This document shows positions 12,830 through 24,988 of a stretch of 64,000 nucleotides of DNA, in pieces. Within the stretch, counting starts at the first letter, position 1, and each line of letters begins with the position of its first letter. The position numbers were made by a program, and so were the translations under genes. The notes beneath the pieces were generated by a model, which was not told the DNA's origin, searched no databases, and saw nothing but the letters and a program-made list of their open reading frames with translations. The stretch is from Lingula anatina (lineage: Eukaryota > Animalia > Brachiopoda), in contig CM120645.1 in the NCBI GenBank assembly GCA_051362555.1, positions 14,880,001 to 14,944,000 on the forward strand. Direction: 5' to 3'.

Positions 12830-14001
12830 CTTCGGTCTGTACAAGTGTTCTTGTTACAACACGATGTTCTCCTGGATAGAAATGATGTCTTGCACATGTA
12901 GCAGGTGCTTTATAAGGTGAAAGTCAGGTTGTAAAGGATGAAAAACGACGTATGCAAACATATGTCAACAGGAATATCAAGTATATGTAAAAAATGAATT
13001 AAATGCTGTTTTTCGTATACTTCTCATTTGAAAAATGTATTTACGCAAGTGCAGGTTTTAATTAAATTTTAACCACTAGGTTATTGGTAGAGATTAGTGT
13101 GTTCAAAAGGGAAAGCCCGAGTACTTGTGCTCGTTATCCTCTCTCGCCTCCTACTTTCTCACAGTAATTGCGTAATGTCCCTTTACTCATAGCAGTGAGA
13201 TAATGTATAAATCCTATAGCGCCAAATGCACATTTACTTGCCCCAAAACAGGCTGTTACCACGACTTTACTACTGTTGTACACGATTTTCCTTTGTTTTT
13301 ATTTTCTATTTTGATCAAATGTCTACCAATGATGAATTAATTCTAAATATTTATACTACAAAAACGATTGATTTTCTGTGCTGTGTTATTATAAAACGTT
13401 ATATTTATTCGAAAGTTTGATGCTACCTCCGAAAAAATCTTAAAACCAGTTGATTATCAAGAATTAAGAATAATCCATAGAATCCGATTTATAGATTCCG
13501 AGTAAGAATAAGATTCCGATTGAATATATTTGTTAATTATACCCATAAAAACGCCTTGCTCCTCTTAATACTTTTTACTAACTAGTCAGAAAATAGAAAT
13601 CACAAAATATGTGTTTCTTACAAAATACTGTAATGCCATTTTGACTTGTCTAGTTGGATGCTATATGATATGACAGCCATTTGTTTAAAATAACACGAGC
13701 CCCCAGTTTTAAATAGTTTCCCATTTTGTTAGCGCATGTAGCATGCGATATCACTGGTAAGTCTCGGTTCTTGAACCGCAGATCGAACGGGGGTCTATCC
13801 TTCAATTTAACAGTCGTCTGAATACCCCGCAAAGCTACATATATGTACCAAGCTAGACCTTTAGAATGAAAAAAAAACGCATCAAGAGTTCCTGAAATCG
13901 ATATATTCTTCTGAAATGTACAAGCAAACATGGCTCTCTAAATAAACATTATTTCAAACCAAGTGCATGGAAGGTTGGCACAATGTTTTTTTTTTTTCTT
14001 T

Positions 14002-14032
<31 letters not shown>

Positions 14033-14500
14033 GTAGAAATTGCTTTTATTCTAGAAATCCCGTTTAGGACGCCTGTAATATCGTAAAATTTGATGGGTTG
14101 GTTTGAAGGACTCGTGACTCATGATTGACAGATTTAAGGGCGCAGGGACCAATATCTTGAACAGGAGTCCTTATCAGCTTGTATAGATCTTTCACAGACA
14201 GTGCATCACAAAGTCAACACATTTATGGAATATCAACACACTGTTGCCATGCGCCAAGCAACAAATAAATTCAAAAGTTTCATAAGAATAATTCGTGATG
14301 ACGTCATGGATATATATCTTTAACAAGAGCCCTTATCTGATTGGTGTTCACCTGTCACAGACATTGCTCAGAATGCTAGAAATGGTATGTATCAACAACA
14401 GATGGTTGTCATGCCGCAAACACCGATTTAACAGCGCCTGGTGATGTAGGTAGAAAGTGGGTGTCCACAAGAATTTATGAGAGGGCGTGAGGTTTGATAA
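12200..14500. repeat. Segmental duplication copy B (promoter + signal-peptide exon)
   Basis: Colinear with 2900-5545; contains TATAAA at 12909-12914 and the 67-nt leader exon. Confidence 0.9.
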
Positions 14501-15712
14501 TTTACAACGGCTCCACATCTTTTTTATCAGTGTACCCCTTATTTTGTGAACCCATGTGACTGGATTGACATAAAAAATATGTCGTTTTTTAATTAGTACA
14601 GGAGAATGGTCTGTCCATCGAGTATTATCAACATGCACTGACAACGTATCATGCGGTCACAATGTGACTTAAGTGTTATTTTCTTTTATGTTGGTTAATT
14701 AATTAGAATGTACTGTGATGCAATAGATGATATGGAAAAGGCTGTAGGAAAGGTAAAAGTGGTGAAATGCTTCTAGAAGGGAAGAAAACTATTCAGAAGT
14801 ATGTATTCACACTGTCAACTGTTGGTGATAATCAAGTAGACCAAGCCCCGGTCGTAATGAATGCATCCTCCGGCCTTTTGATCGAGCTCAGACAGACTGT
14901 GTTTGCGATAAAACGATTAGATTGAAGAAATATGTAACAGATTACACAAGTGTCTCTAGTTATGATTAGTTTATGCAATAACTGACCTTATAGTGACTAG
15001 CGGGTGGAGATAAAAATGCTCGTCTCAGTAATTTAGAACAATAAAACTGATTTTTTAAAAATCAATAGTAGTTATCAGGCTCTTTAAAGCAGGCGTTTGT
15101 CATATATAATATCCATGCCTTACAAAGAACAGACGCTTTACGTATATTTAATACAGTTTCATAGAAAACTCGAATTTAAAAGGCGTATCACATTTTCTGG
15201 TATGTGAATTATTTTAGCCTTTCGAAAAACCTTTTTTTTTAATTCAAAGTTATATTCTTTAAATGTGTATCAAGTTATAAACAGAGATAGATGCTGTGAA
15301 CTCAGGTGATTATGCAATGTAGAATAAAAATTTATTTATCAAAATATTTATAAATCCTGAATATATTGTTTCTTATACATGTATCAAAGCCAGGTGTTTC
15401 ACGGGTATCCCATGAAAATGGGTTATTTGTATGATAAATTAAGTTAAACAAACGTCTTCATTCATGTATCTTCGATATGATAACAATGCTGCGGGACAGA
15501 TTTATTCTTCACAGGCATGAGACAAATGAAAAAAAAACTATAATATGTCTCCTTTCAACGCAGAGCGGTTTGGAATGTCAGAATGCCAATTCTCAATCTG
15601 ACGGTATATCAGTGAAGTAAGAGTTCGTTGTAGCAATAAATATACACTAGAGTTTTCTCAATAGGAGGTATTGCAGTGAAAAAAATACTTGTTTGTCCTA
15701 ACAGCGCTTTGT

Positions 15713-18338
15713 CTATGGTCCAATTGCAATAGCGCCGCGGGATTGGAGACTGTCCAGAAAACTTTCCTGTCGCCGGGTAAGCCTCGATGAGAACCTGTGG
15801 ACATCAGGTGTAGTGCTCACGGAAGCCTTTGAACGACGAGCATCAATATCAGTAGTAAATGGGAAACCGAGATTCTTCTCCATAATGGTGGTTTTGTTTC
15901 TGAGCACCTGTGCCAGCAGAGGCATTTTTGGACGCCCGCGAGGGTCTTCTCTCAGGCAGGTATTGACTAGAGCTTCAATGCCAAGGACTGCTTTAAGGGG
16001 GCTTATCGTGCACCCGAAGCTGTAGACGTCGCTAGCCTGGGTAGAATCGAGCCCTTCGCGCACCTCTGGAGCAAAGTTGCCTAAAAGTGCCTTGTAGGCG
16101 GCTTGGGATAGTGGGTCTCGCTGGCGGTGAATGGTGTACGGGTTGACGCTGTCTACTTTTCTGGTGCAACTAAAGTTGCAGATATAAGGCTCCATCATTT
16201 CATGGTCGTCACTGATGGACTCCAAGCAGATGTGACGTCCATTGAGGTAGTTGTGTACAAAGCCCATTTGGTGCATTTTGGCCAGCTTCTCTGCAATGCG
16301 TGTAATGAGACGCATGAAGTGATATTTCTCCGTTTTGTTGAGTGGCTTGTACTGGAATTTGTACATGTATTTATACGGCTCTCTGTTAATGCGATCCATG
16401 TAATTTCTGAGGTAGTCTGAGAAACAGACATTATCGGCGAATCTTATATCTTCACCTCCAACTTTGATGAATCCAGTAACCATGCCAACCGTGTGGTACT
16501 GCTTATATGGATCTTCCCAGCGTCGCTGAATACAACATGTGGTGCGTTTAAATTTATTCGGAAAGTTCTTCAGATCATGGACGTCAAACAGTCCTTCAAA
16601 TTTAGGAGCTACACCAGCGTCTCCAAGAACTTGGGCAAAACGCAACCAATTAGCTATGGTTTCGAAGGAATACACCGAACGGAAAAACTTGACAACGATA
16701 GGTTTTGCGACAACTCCGTGCCACTCTTCGGCGACGTGGCCACTGTTTCCAGCAGCCGGGAGACCAAGACTTGTGATGCCTCTAAGATTTCTACGGAACA
16801 CTATCCAAGGGGCGTAGAAAACACGGGGGAACTTGGGAAGTTTTACCTTGAAGCTGCAAGGTTTTTGAATGCCGCTGTCGACATGTCTGATTTTATCTTC
16901 CAGTTCCTGAGACACACAAGGCCACACTTAAATGAATAAATAATAATATTCAAACAAAATGAAAAACATTTGTTTATTGTAAAGACGGTATATGGTTTGG
17001 GTTTATCCATTAAGTTAGACATATGAATATCTTGAATGTCTTTGTGTTGTGCTTAACACTGCATCTTTTTCAGAATAACAAGGAAACGAAAATAGATATA
17101 ATTACCTTGTGGCTCATCTTGATCATCGTCGCTTTCGCTTTCCTCTATGTCCAGAACAAGGAAATCTTCTTGTGAGGCATTGCTTTCGTCTTCTTCTCCC
17201 TCGAAAATTTCAACTATTGTAGCATCTGCGGAAATAAAATCTGTTTTTAAAAGAATGGAATTTGAGGGTGACATATAAATAAAAACAATATGCCGATCTG
17301 GTAACACGAGTACAACAAATTATTATATACTCAGCAAGTCACCACAGAACATACCTTCCCATTCCGTTTGGCCATCTTTCGGCGTCACTTTCTTTATCTT
17401 TTGAGTGAACTTGAACAATTTCTTCCATGACTTTGTTTTCTTTTTGCTAACTGTAGGAGTGCTCGTGGCATCAATTGCATCACCGTCAACTAAAAGGATT
17501 GAAATGATATTTCTATTCAAGTCGAGGTACTAGATTCGTTGAAAAGTGCAATTCCGAATGGTAACTGACTCCGAGTTAACACTTGTAACGCAAAACAAAA
17601 ACTGAAAGCTGAACATCTTTATGCTGAATACCTTAGATGCTCTATTCGAAACCCAGAAGCTCCAGGTAAAAGTATGCATTACCTTCATCGCCCAGTTCTG
17701 GAGCGTTCTTCCTCTTCTTATCATGCGACTTCTTTGTTTTCTTAGAATCTTTCTTAGCTTCCTTTCTGGATTCCCTTTTCGATGCCTTCTTCATTTTCTT
17801 AGACATTTTGGTCATTTTTGGCTTCGTATCTGGTGAGATTTCTGAGTCGTTATCTGATGCACCTTCAGGAGAGAAAATAACGATTATAATTGAATACTGT
17901 CACAATTAAGCACCAATATATGTGAAGACAGGTTCCCCCAATTAAATTAAATCTGTAAATAGGTCTACACAAGAGAAATGGGTTGTTATTCCGGTGTACG
18001 AGAGATACTTTTGATAACCATTCTTACACTTAATTTTACCAATTTACAAAGAGCAAATTACCCTCGCCTTCCTGTTTTTTCTTCTCCTTCTTGGCTTTCT
18101 TAGTCTTGTTGCGATTGGTCTCTTTAGTTCTTTTGAACATTTTTCTCCACGTCTTGGCTTTCTTTTTCCTTTTCTTCGGTTTTGTAACTGCAACTAATAA
18201 ATTAGAGAATCGTAGATCATCTACCTTATGCCACAGAAATATTTCTTTGGGATTAAACCAGGAATGCACATTTAAGTCCTCACATTCATGCTGCATGCAG
18301 TTCACCGCACGTAACCATTGTTTCGACATTGCTTTTAT

Positions 18339-18380
<42 letters not shown>

Positions 18381-20932
18381 CAATTATCTAACCAGTCAGA
18401 AGATTACTAAAAAGCCATTTTATAAATTTAGGGTCATTGAAAGGTACCAACCATCCCCCTCCTGCTCATCTACGTGATCTTCCAGCGGTCTTCCAGTCTT
18501 TGAAGATTCTGTTTTCTTTGCAGCAGTTTTCAACCGTTTGACCTTCTTTTCTTTCTTTGGGAGGTGGGCCGAATCATCACCTGCTTTAACTGAAAGAAGG
18601 AAGAAATGAAATCATTTCAAGCATTGTAAGGATCTTTCTCTTACAACATGTGCTTTTTTATCGTTTTAATCCAACCACTGATGAAAACCCCAACCACTAG
18701 TGAGAAATTCCTACCTTCAAGGTTCTGCTCATTTTCCTGGTCGGCTGCCTCTGCTGAGACATCGGTCTTTGGTGCTTTTGCTTTCTTAGAAGTAGTTTTC
18801 CACTTCTTGAGCTTCTTTGTTTTCTTGGGAGCAATGTCATCATTTCCTTTATCTGCATGTGGAATAGAATAAATATAAAATACATCACACGCTCGATGAA
18901 TGAATGAATGAACACATACATACATGTAAATAATGATTGTCTGAAGAAAGTGTAATTCAAAAAACACAAAATCCAAATTCACCCCCAGGGATATGTACCA
19001 AACACATTATCAAGACTTCATTAATGTAACCGATACATAAGCCATCGAATCTATTCAATAGAATAATTTCACTGAAGTAGCTGATATAACCGCTATTTCG
19101 TGAAAAGCATGAAAAACATCAGCTCTTACCAAGCTCAATGCTTTGTTCATCTTCAACAGCTGCTTTATCATTTTTGGCCGTTGACTTTTTCAAGGGTGAT
19201 TGCAACTTGATTTTCAATCGGCGCTTAGATTTCTTTGTTTTCTTGGTCACTAAGGAAGTAGTGTCGTCACTTGGAGCTGGAATTAATTCATGCATTCGTG
19301 TAAATAACCTTTTTCGAAGTCACAAATACCAATTAAAAAATATATGAAAACAAGCACTGTAACAACAAATAGGAATACAAATAGGAATAGAAAATATCAG
19401 GGATGTTCTACCCCGTTCCACACTGGTACATCTTGGGCATGTACAAAGAATGAGTGACGTCAACTGGGTAAAAAGAGTAACAGAGTTTGAGGTGGAGAGG
19501 AATGCCCCAGGTAGACCAAAGTTGGCTTGGAGGGAGGTAGTGCAGACAGGAGAACACATGAACACATGTAATAAGAAATAGAAAGCCACAAAGACAATAA
19601 ATGTTTACGTGTGTCTATAGTGTCAATCGCTTCGACCACATTAAATAATCTTGAAGGCTTACCAGGGGCATCCTCATCGATCCTTGACGATTCTTCGCTC
19701 TTAGTCTGCTTCGATTTCTTCTCGTTCTTCTTTGAAGATGTGGAAATCTTGTCTTCATTTTCGCTAGCTCCGGCTGAAGCAAAGGAGTTTAAATTATAAG
19801 CATTATGACAAAACTTAGGTTATGATTAAGAGAAAGTAGTGTCAAAATATCAAGTTAAAAGTACTCAATCGCCATTTAGAGAGAAAGAGAGGGAGTATTT
19901 ATTAAAAGCCATACCATTAGCTTTCCCTTTTCTCAGCTTTAACCGCCCAAGTGCTCGACTCCTTGCTTTAACGTGTTTATCACCAGACTAATCAAATGAA
20001 GGCAGATAACAGAAAAGAAAAATAAAGCAGAATAGAACGAAATTAATGGAAGAAAAGATATTTAAAAAGTGAATGAATTAAAATGATAAATAAAGAAAAA
20101 AAATGAAATGTCAGTATTGTAAAAATAGGACAGCAACAAAAAATTAAGAAGTGAAAGAAAACTTAAATAAATGGATGCTTAAGCAAAAAGATGAGTAAAT
20201 GATTATATAAATGAATAAACACTATATATTTATATATTGCATAGACACTGCAATGGAAAATTAATGATATACATGTACTTACCGGTTTGTCACTTTCAGC
20301 GTGGGACGCTTCTGCTTTTTCTTTCTTCTTCTTCTCTTTCTTTGCTTTACCTTGAAGTTACATATTACATTATATAGTTGTTTAACTTTCTAATTACTTT
20401 AAAAAGAGCGTAATGTCTGAAAAAATACAAAATATTGTAATATACTCATCGCTTCTAAAATCAGCCGTACTTTTCTATGAAGCTATGTTGTCACAACGCT
20501 AGAACTCGGACCAAAAATGGAGTTTTTGTGACAAAGTCCTTGAATAAAAACAAAAACCCTATTTATCTCAATAAAAATAATACCTGTACTCAATATTATG
20601 ATAAATATTTATCCTGAAATGTTATATAGTTTAACTCTCACCTTTCTTATATATCTTATCCTGGTCCTCGTCCTCTCCACTGCCCCCACAAATAAGACAT
20701 GTAATGTGTATAGAAGAGAACAGTACTCTCAGCCAAGCAAAAAAGCTTAGATTTGGATTCCGCCAAGGAGGGACTTGGTCCTGAAATTAAGTCAATATAA
20801 AATCTAAATGTGTTCTCTGCTTTAAGCAAACCGACATCTTTTGAATTCATAACGGTGAAATTATAAACATTGTTAGAAATCATTATTGAACCATTTGGTT
20901 TGTCAACTTACGTTATCCCCATTACTCGGCAT
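15713..20932 (-). CDS. Lys-rich disordered protein with C-terminal protein-kinase-like (pseudokinase) domain (~871 aa, 13 exons)
   Basis: Exons 20912-20932 (MPSNGDN), 20642-20780, 20283-20350, 19915-19987, 19663-19773, 19130-19276, 18715-18852, 18452-18589, 18062-18193, 17683-17862, 17355-17489, 17106-17225 and 15713-16926, all in phase. The last exon has GNSGHV, IVVK, FVHNYLNGRHI, NFS, FAPE, SDVYSFG and EDPRGRP kinase subdomains. The 5' exons are less certain than the kinase exon. Confidence 0.8.
18341..18378. repeat. (AT)n microsatellite
   Basis: Direct reading. Confidence 0.9.
19405..19550 (+). mobile_element. RTE-type LINE 3' ORF2 fragment in a pseudokinase intron
   Basis: Translates as GHVQRMSDVNWVKRVTEFEVERNAPGRPKLAWREVVQ, matching the GHVxR...GRP..W C-terminal motif of RTE-clade ORF2. 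Confidence 0.65.
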
Positions 20933-21057
20933 TCTGTTGTGTAACTATAGGTATGTTAGATATAAGGTATGATCATTTGTCTACTTAGATTTACATAGAA
21001 AAGTTTGTCAGATAAATGAACAGCTTCGGTCGTTGTCCGCAATTTTTGGCGATTTCG

Positions 21058-21143
21058 GTTGCTAGGACGCATATGTCCATGACAACAATGGGACACGTCA
21101 CTGCGTATGACGTCAGCGCGTGTGACGTGCCATTGTGACGTCG
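21058..21143. promoter_or_regulatory. Proximal promoter with RFX X-box-like and CRE motifs
   Basis: GTTGCTAGGACGC 21058-21070, GTCCATGACAAC 21075-21086, full CRE TGACGTCA 21108-21115, and further TGACGT half-sites at ~21123 and ~21136. Lies 130-210 bp upstream of ATG 20932. Confidence 0.5.
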
Positions 21144-21164
21144 ATTTCCTAACAACAAACGTTC

Positions 21165-21812
21165 TCCAATGTAAACATTTGATCAATAGTTGCCCGACCT
21201 GGCTTTCGTGTAATTTACCCGTCCTTTCCTATTGTTCATAATTTTTGTGAACATTTTGCTACATACAATCAATAAGGATATTCCTCTATAGTTGTTCACG
21301 CTATTGTGCGCCCCCTGCTCATAAACAGCTTGCACAAAGCAATGCCTCCGCCCATCTCTTTGGGTATACACCAAGGTCCAAAATGCTGTTGAATAGTATA
21401 ATCAGATATGCTATGATTATATGCAGCGGGTTATTATAGAATTCTACACTAATACCATTAGCCCCAGGCGCCTTTTTGTTTTTCATTTGCCTTCGTGACT
21501 TCTTTAATGTCAGTGGAGTTATTAAGTTCTCGAGGGTCATCATTGACACAGTGCTCACAATAATAGTCATTCTCTTCCAGGTCTTGACGCACCTCTTTTG
21601 ATATTGAGCTTTCTGTTTCCTGCGGGTTATTTAGTTGCATAAAATATTCAAACCACCGGTCACTAGTTATGACACTAGACGACGAGCACTTTTTCCCTTT
21701 GATTAATTTCCAACATACAAATGGATCATGTTTTGTCTTCTCAATGTTTTGCTGCTGGTTTATTTTCCATTTATTGTAAATTCGACAAATTTCTCTACAT
21801 GATTTATTTTTT

Positions 21813-21859
<47 letters not shown>

Positions 21860-22830
21860 TTTTTTTGTAGCTTTCTAGATCTATGTCGTCATTAGTACGT
21901 ATGAATTTTCACAACAACGAATTTTATAACGCTTTGCGGACCTGCATGCATTGTCAAACCAACCTTCATGTAATGGTCTGTGCACCTTGTGGGTCTTTTT
22001 CATATCACCCGCCGCTCCATTATATCCACTGTATGGTCTTTGGTACATTATGGCTAAAGTTTTCCAAGGAACCTATCTTTTCCATTTCTCACTCCAGGCA
22101 AACTTGAAGAAGGGTATACTATCAGGTTTACTGTGATACTTGCATAAGTGTTTACATTCTCATTTTTACAGTTCAACACACATTCTAGGGGAAAATGTTC
22201 CAACAGATCTATGTCCATAACCTCGAGGTGTGTGATTATGACACATAGCGCGTAGTCTTCTGTACTATGACCATAGTTGGCTTCGCAAGTAAATTCTCCA
22301 TCCACATTTCCATGTTTTCTTCCATTTAACAAATCAGGGCCCACGCTACAGCACAGTTCAACCAAGTCCTGACCATATCTGTTGTACTCTAGATCTTTAT
22401 TTTTTCGGAAAATGGAAAATTTGTCTATTTCATACCAATCGGCTACATATTCCGCTCCATCGATTTCGATTAAGTCATATAACGTGCCAGTCCTTTCATT
22501 CTATCCCCCACTGACATAAAATATGCGTCCTCGTATGCTGCTTTCATTTTGAGCAACCATTCACCCAATATCTCCATTCCATTTCCATGATTTTCCCCAT
22601 AAATACTAGCCCCTTGAGGTGAAACATACACAGCACTAAATACAATATTTTTGTCAAGCCCTGTAACCTGCTTGGCTTATAGTAGGGAGACAGTGTCTAA
22701 TTTAGGGGTTTTGATTTCTTTTAGATCATTTACTAAACGCTCCTTAATATATACTAATATGCCGACATTCTTTTTTACCTCTCTATAACAAGCATAACAT
22801 AGATACCCTGATAGCCGGTCTTTCCATTCC
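21165..22830 (-). mobile_element. Degenerate LINE (APE endonuclease + N-terminal RT), CR1/L2-like
   Basis: Frameshifted fragments: GILVYIKE, SAVYVSPQG, YGQDLVELC..LLNGR...GEFTC (endonuclease); KKAPGANGISVEFY, NNYRGISLLIVCSKMFTKIMNNR, TIDQMFTL (RT lead-in). Confidence 0.85.
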
Positions 22831-23297
22831 GATAAACCATTGACATTTGATGTTATTCAACTCAAGTTCGAAATAACGGTAAATACGCCAACTCGTCTTG
22901 AAACGTTAGACGTCAAGCGGCCAAAAAGCGTAAACAAACATAGGTATAATATATGTAGATTTTTTCTTCAGTTAGATTTTCGATAAATGTCATTAACACT
23001 CAAATTATAGCAGAATATTTTGAACATATTATTATCTTGAAAATATGTCCAGAATATAGGAGTGAAGTACTGGTATGTCCACTCTTATTATTATACCACT
23101 GTCAAAATTATAGAATATTTGATTGGGTAAATATATAAAACGTTTGCAAACATCTCCTAACATCCAAGAAATATAACGAGAAGAAATATAAGTTTTGGAT
23201 GTGACCGTAAATAAAAAAATTAATGAACTAGGCTTATCGGGTGATGTAGCCCCTAATTCAATAAATATCTACTGTAAATATAGTGAATATTACTCAC

Positions 23298-23318
23298 CTC
23301 CTCCAAGATTCTCGGCAT
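23298..23318 (-). CDS. Candidate alternative first coding exon (MPRILEE) of the pseudokinase gene
   Basis: acacaacagaATGCCGAG is shared with the 20912-20932 exon; same 21-nt length, phase 0, GTGAGT donor; upstream GCTAGGATGC and TTACGTCA motifs. Confidence 0.5.
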
Positions 23319-24209
23319 TCTGTTGTGTAGAATCTATGTGAACTGTATATTGTGTAGTCTATAATTTATCAAATAATCTTAGCTATAAACATTATTTTTA
23401 TCAATCGTTCGCTGTCTGCAATGTTTTGCTGCTAGGATGCAACGTATGTTACGTCACAGTGGGAGTTACGTCATCAAAACTGTCTGAAGCGTAGGCCTAC
23501 GCGACGGCGTTATTTTTACGCGAAACCAACCTCTCATCTGCCATAATCTAGGCTTATATGTATCAAACCCTTATTAGAGGCTTATACTCCATCATTGGTT
23601 AGAAATCAAACAATTGCATGCATTGCATAACTGGTTTTAAAAGATTTGGTCTTTGGTATTCATCTATTTTTGTTCGGCTCGGCTTTTATTGCTGTTTTGT
23701 GGGGTAATGAAGAGAAAAGAGAGATTTTAAAAATATCTACCTAGTAGGCCTAGGTGTAGTAGCCTACTTCTTAGTTGAAAATAAGCAAAGAACGAGGATT
23801 CAATAGTGGCTATTTTACACATATGAACTATAATTAAGCCTTTAGATACATCATACAAAAGAAGCGCGGTTTGTTTTTTCATCGACTGTCTACGTTGCAA
23901 TTGAAGACATTGTCTGTGCATTAGCAAAAGGTAATGCTATCTGTAAACAGACTATATATGACAGTTCAGATAATAGCCGATAGATGTGGACCTTGAATGC
24001 CGTTCACAAGGTTTTACTTAGAGTGGTTTTGCCGCAGAACTAGTTCACCCAAAGGCGTTCAAGTCCTCTGAATGCCTTATTAAATGTTACGATATGCACC
24101 CGTACAATTTATGCGAAAACACATTTTCGAGGAATACCAAGCACATTCTCAGCGTATTTGTTACAGCCTGTGTTGCTACTGTTTCTGTACGTGTGCTGCA
24201 AGTACGACA

Positions 24210-24213
<4 letters not shown>

Positions 24214-24250
<37 letters not shown>
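24214..24250. repeat. (GT)n microsatellite
   Basis: Direct reading. Confidence 0.9.
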
Positions 24251-24253
<3 letters not shown>

Positions 24254-24988
24254 TGCAATATACTGGGAGATCAGCGTATGGCCTCGTATGAATTGCTAAT
24301 CACTCACGAGCACAGCGTACTCGCACCGCGTATGACCCATGCAAGACCGACGCACGGTGTATGTATAACTTATGAACGGTGTTATATTGTGCACGTATCA
24401 GATTTGTGCACGCCCTAATGTCTTATCTTCACCTTTGCAGAGAGATATTATTTATGATTTTATTTTTATGTATTATTATTTTAGCGAGCTCACTACATCC
24501 AGCGCAGAATTGCTTAAAGGTCGGCATATGTGAACACAAAAGTAAGCAATATGATTAGCCGTATAATCCTCTTTACCCTGCCCACGGAGACACCCGGTAT
24601 AAGCACGTGGGGGCATGCTGGCATACTATCTATTGGTGTTAGTGGTATATTTCAAGACTTATCAGTAGATTCATATATCTTAGAGCATGTTTACACGTAG
24701 TTTACTGGCACATGTTCGCTTTAAAACTAGTGGGTGATTACATCAAGGAGTTATAACTCCTTGATTACATGTAGTTCAATGCATTGCTTCAAACGGAAAA
24801 TACGTATTTAGAAAAAGTATATTTAGTTTAATCACAAATAGAGGGATTGGATACCGGTTCAATCTAGGATCGAGGTTATTTCTTTTAATTGTCTCGTGTA
24901 AACGTGCCTTGGGTTAATGCTCAACGTATGCATTTCTCTATATATACATGTAAACCTCTTTCTTAATCGGGATGCGCGTGGCTACAAC

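Noticed and set aside
15713-16926. Viral or horizontally acquired origin of the intronless kinase
   Set aside because: No viral genes nearby and the exon is spliced into a host gene; cannot be supported without a database search.
20912-20922. Alternative ATGGGG start (MGIT..., myristoylation-like) using an acceptor at 20679
   Set aside because: The upstream ATG 20932 is conserved in the twin exon and joins a much stronger acceptor at 20780 in frame.
24084-24418. Cys/Val-rich ORFs
   Set aside because: Products of the (GT)n microsatellite.
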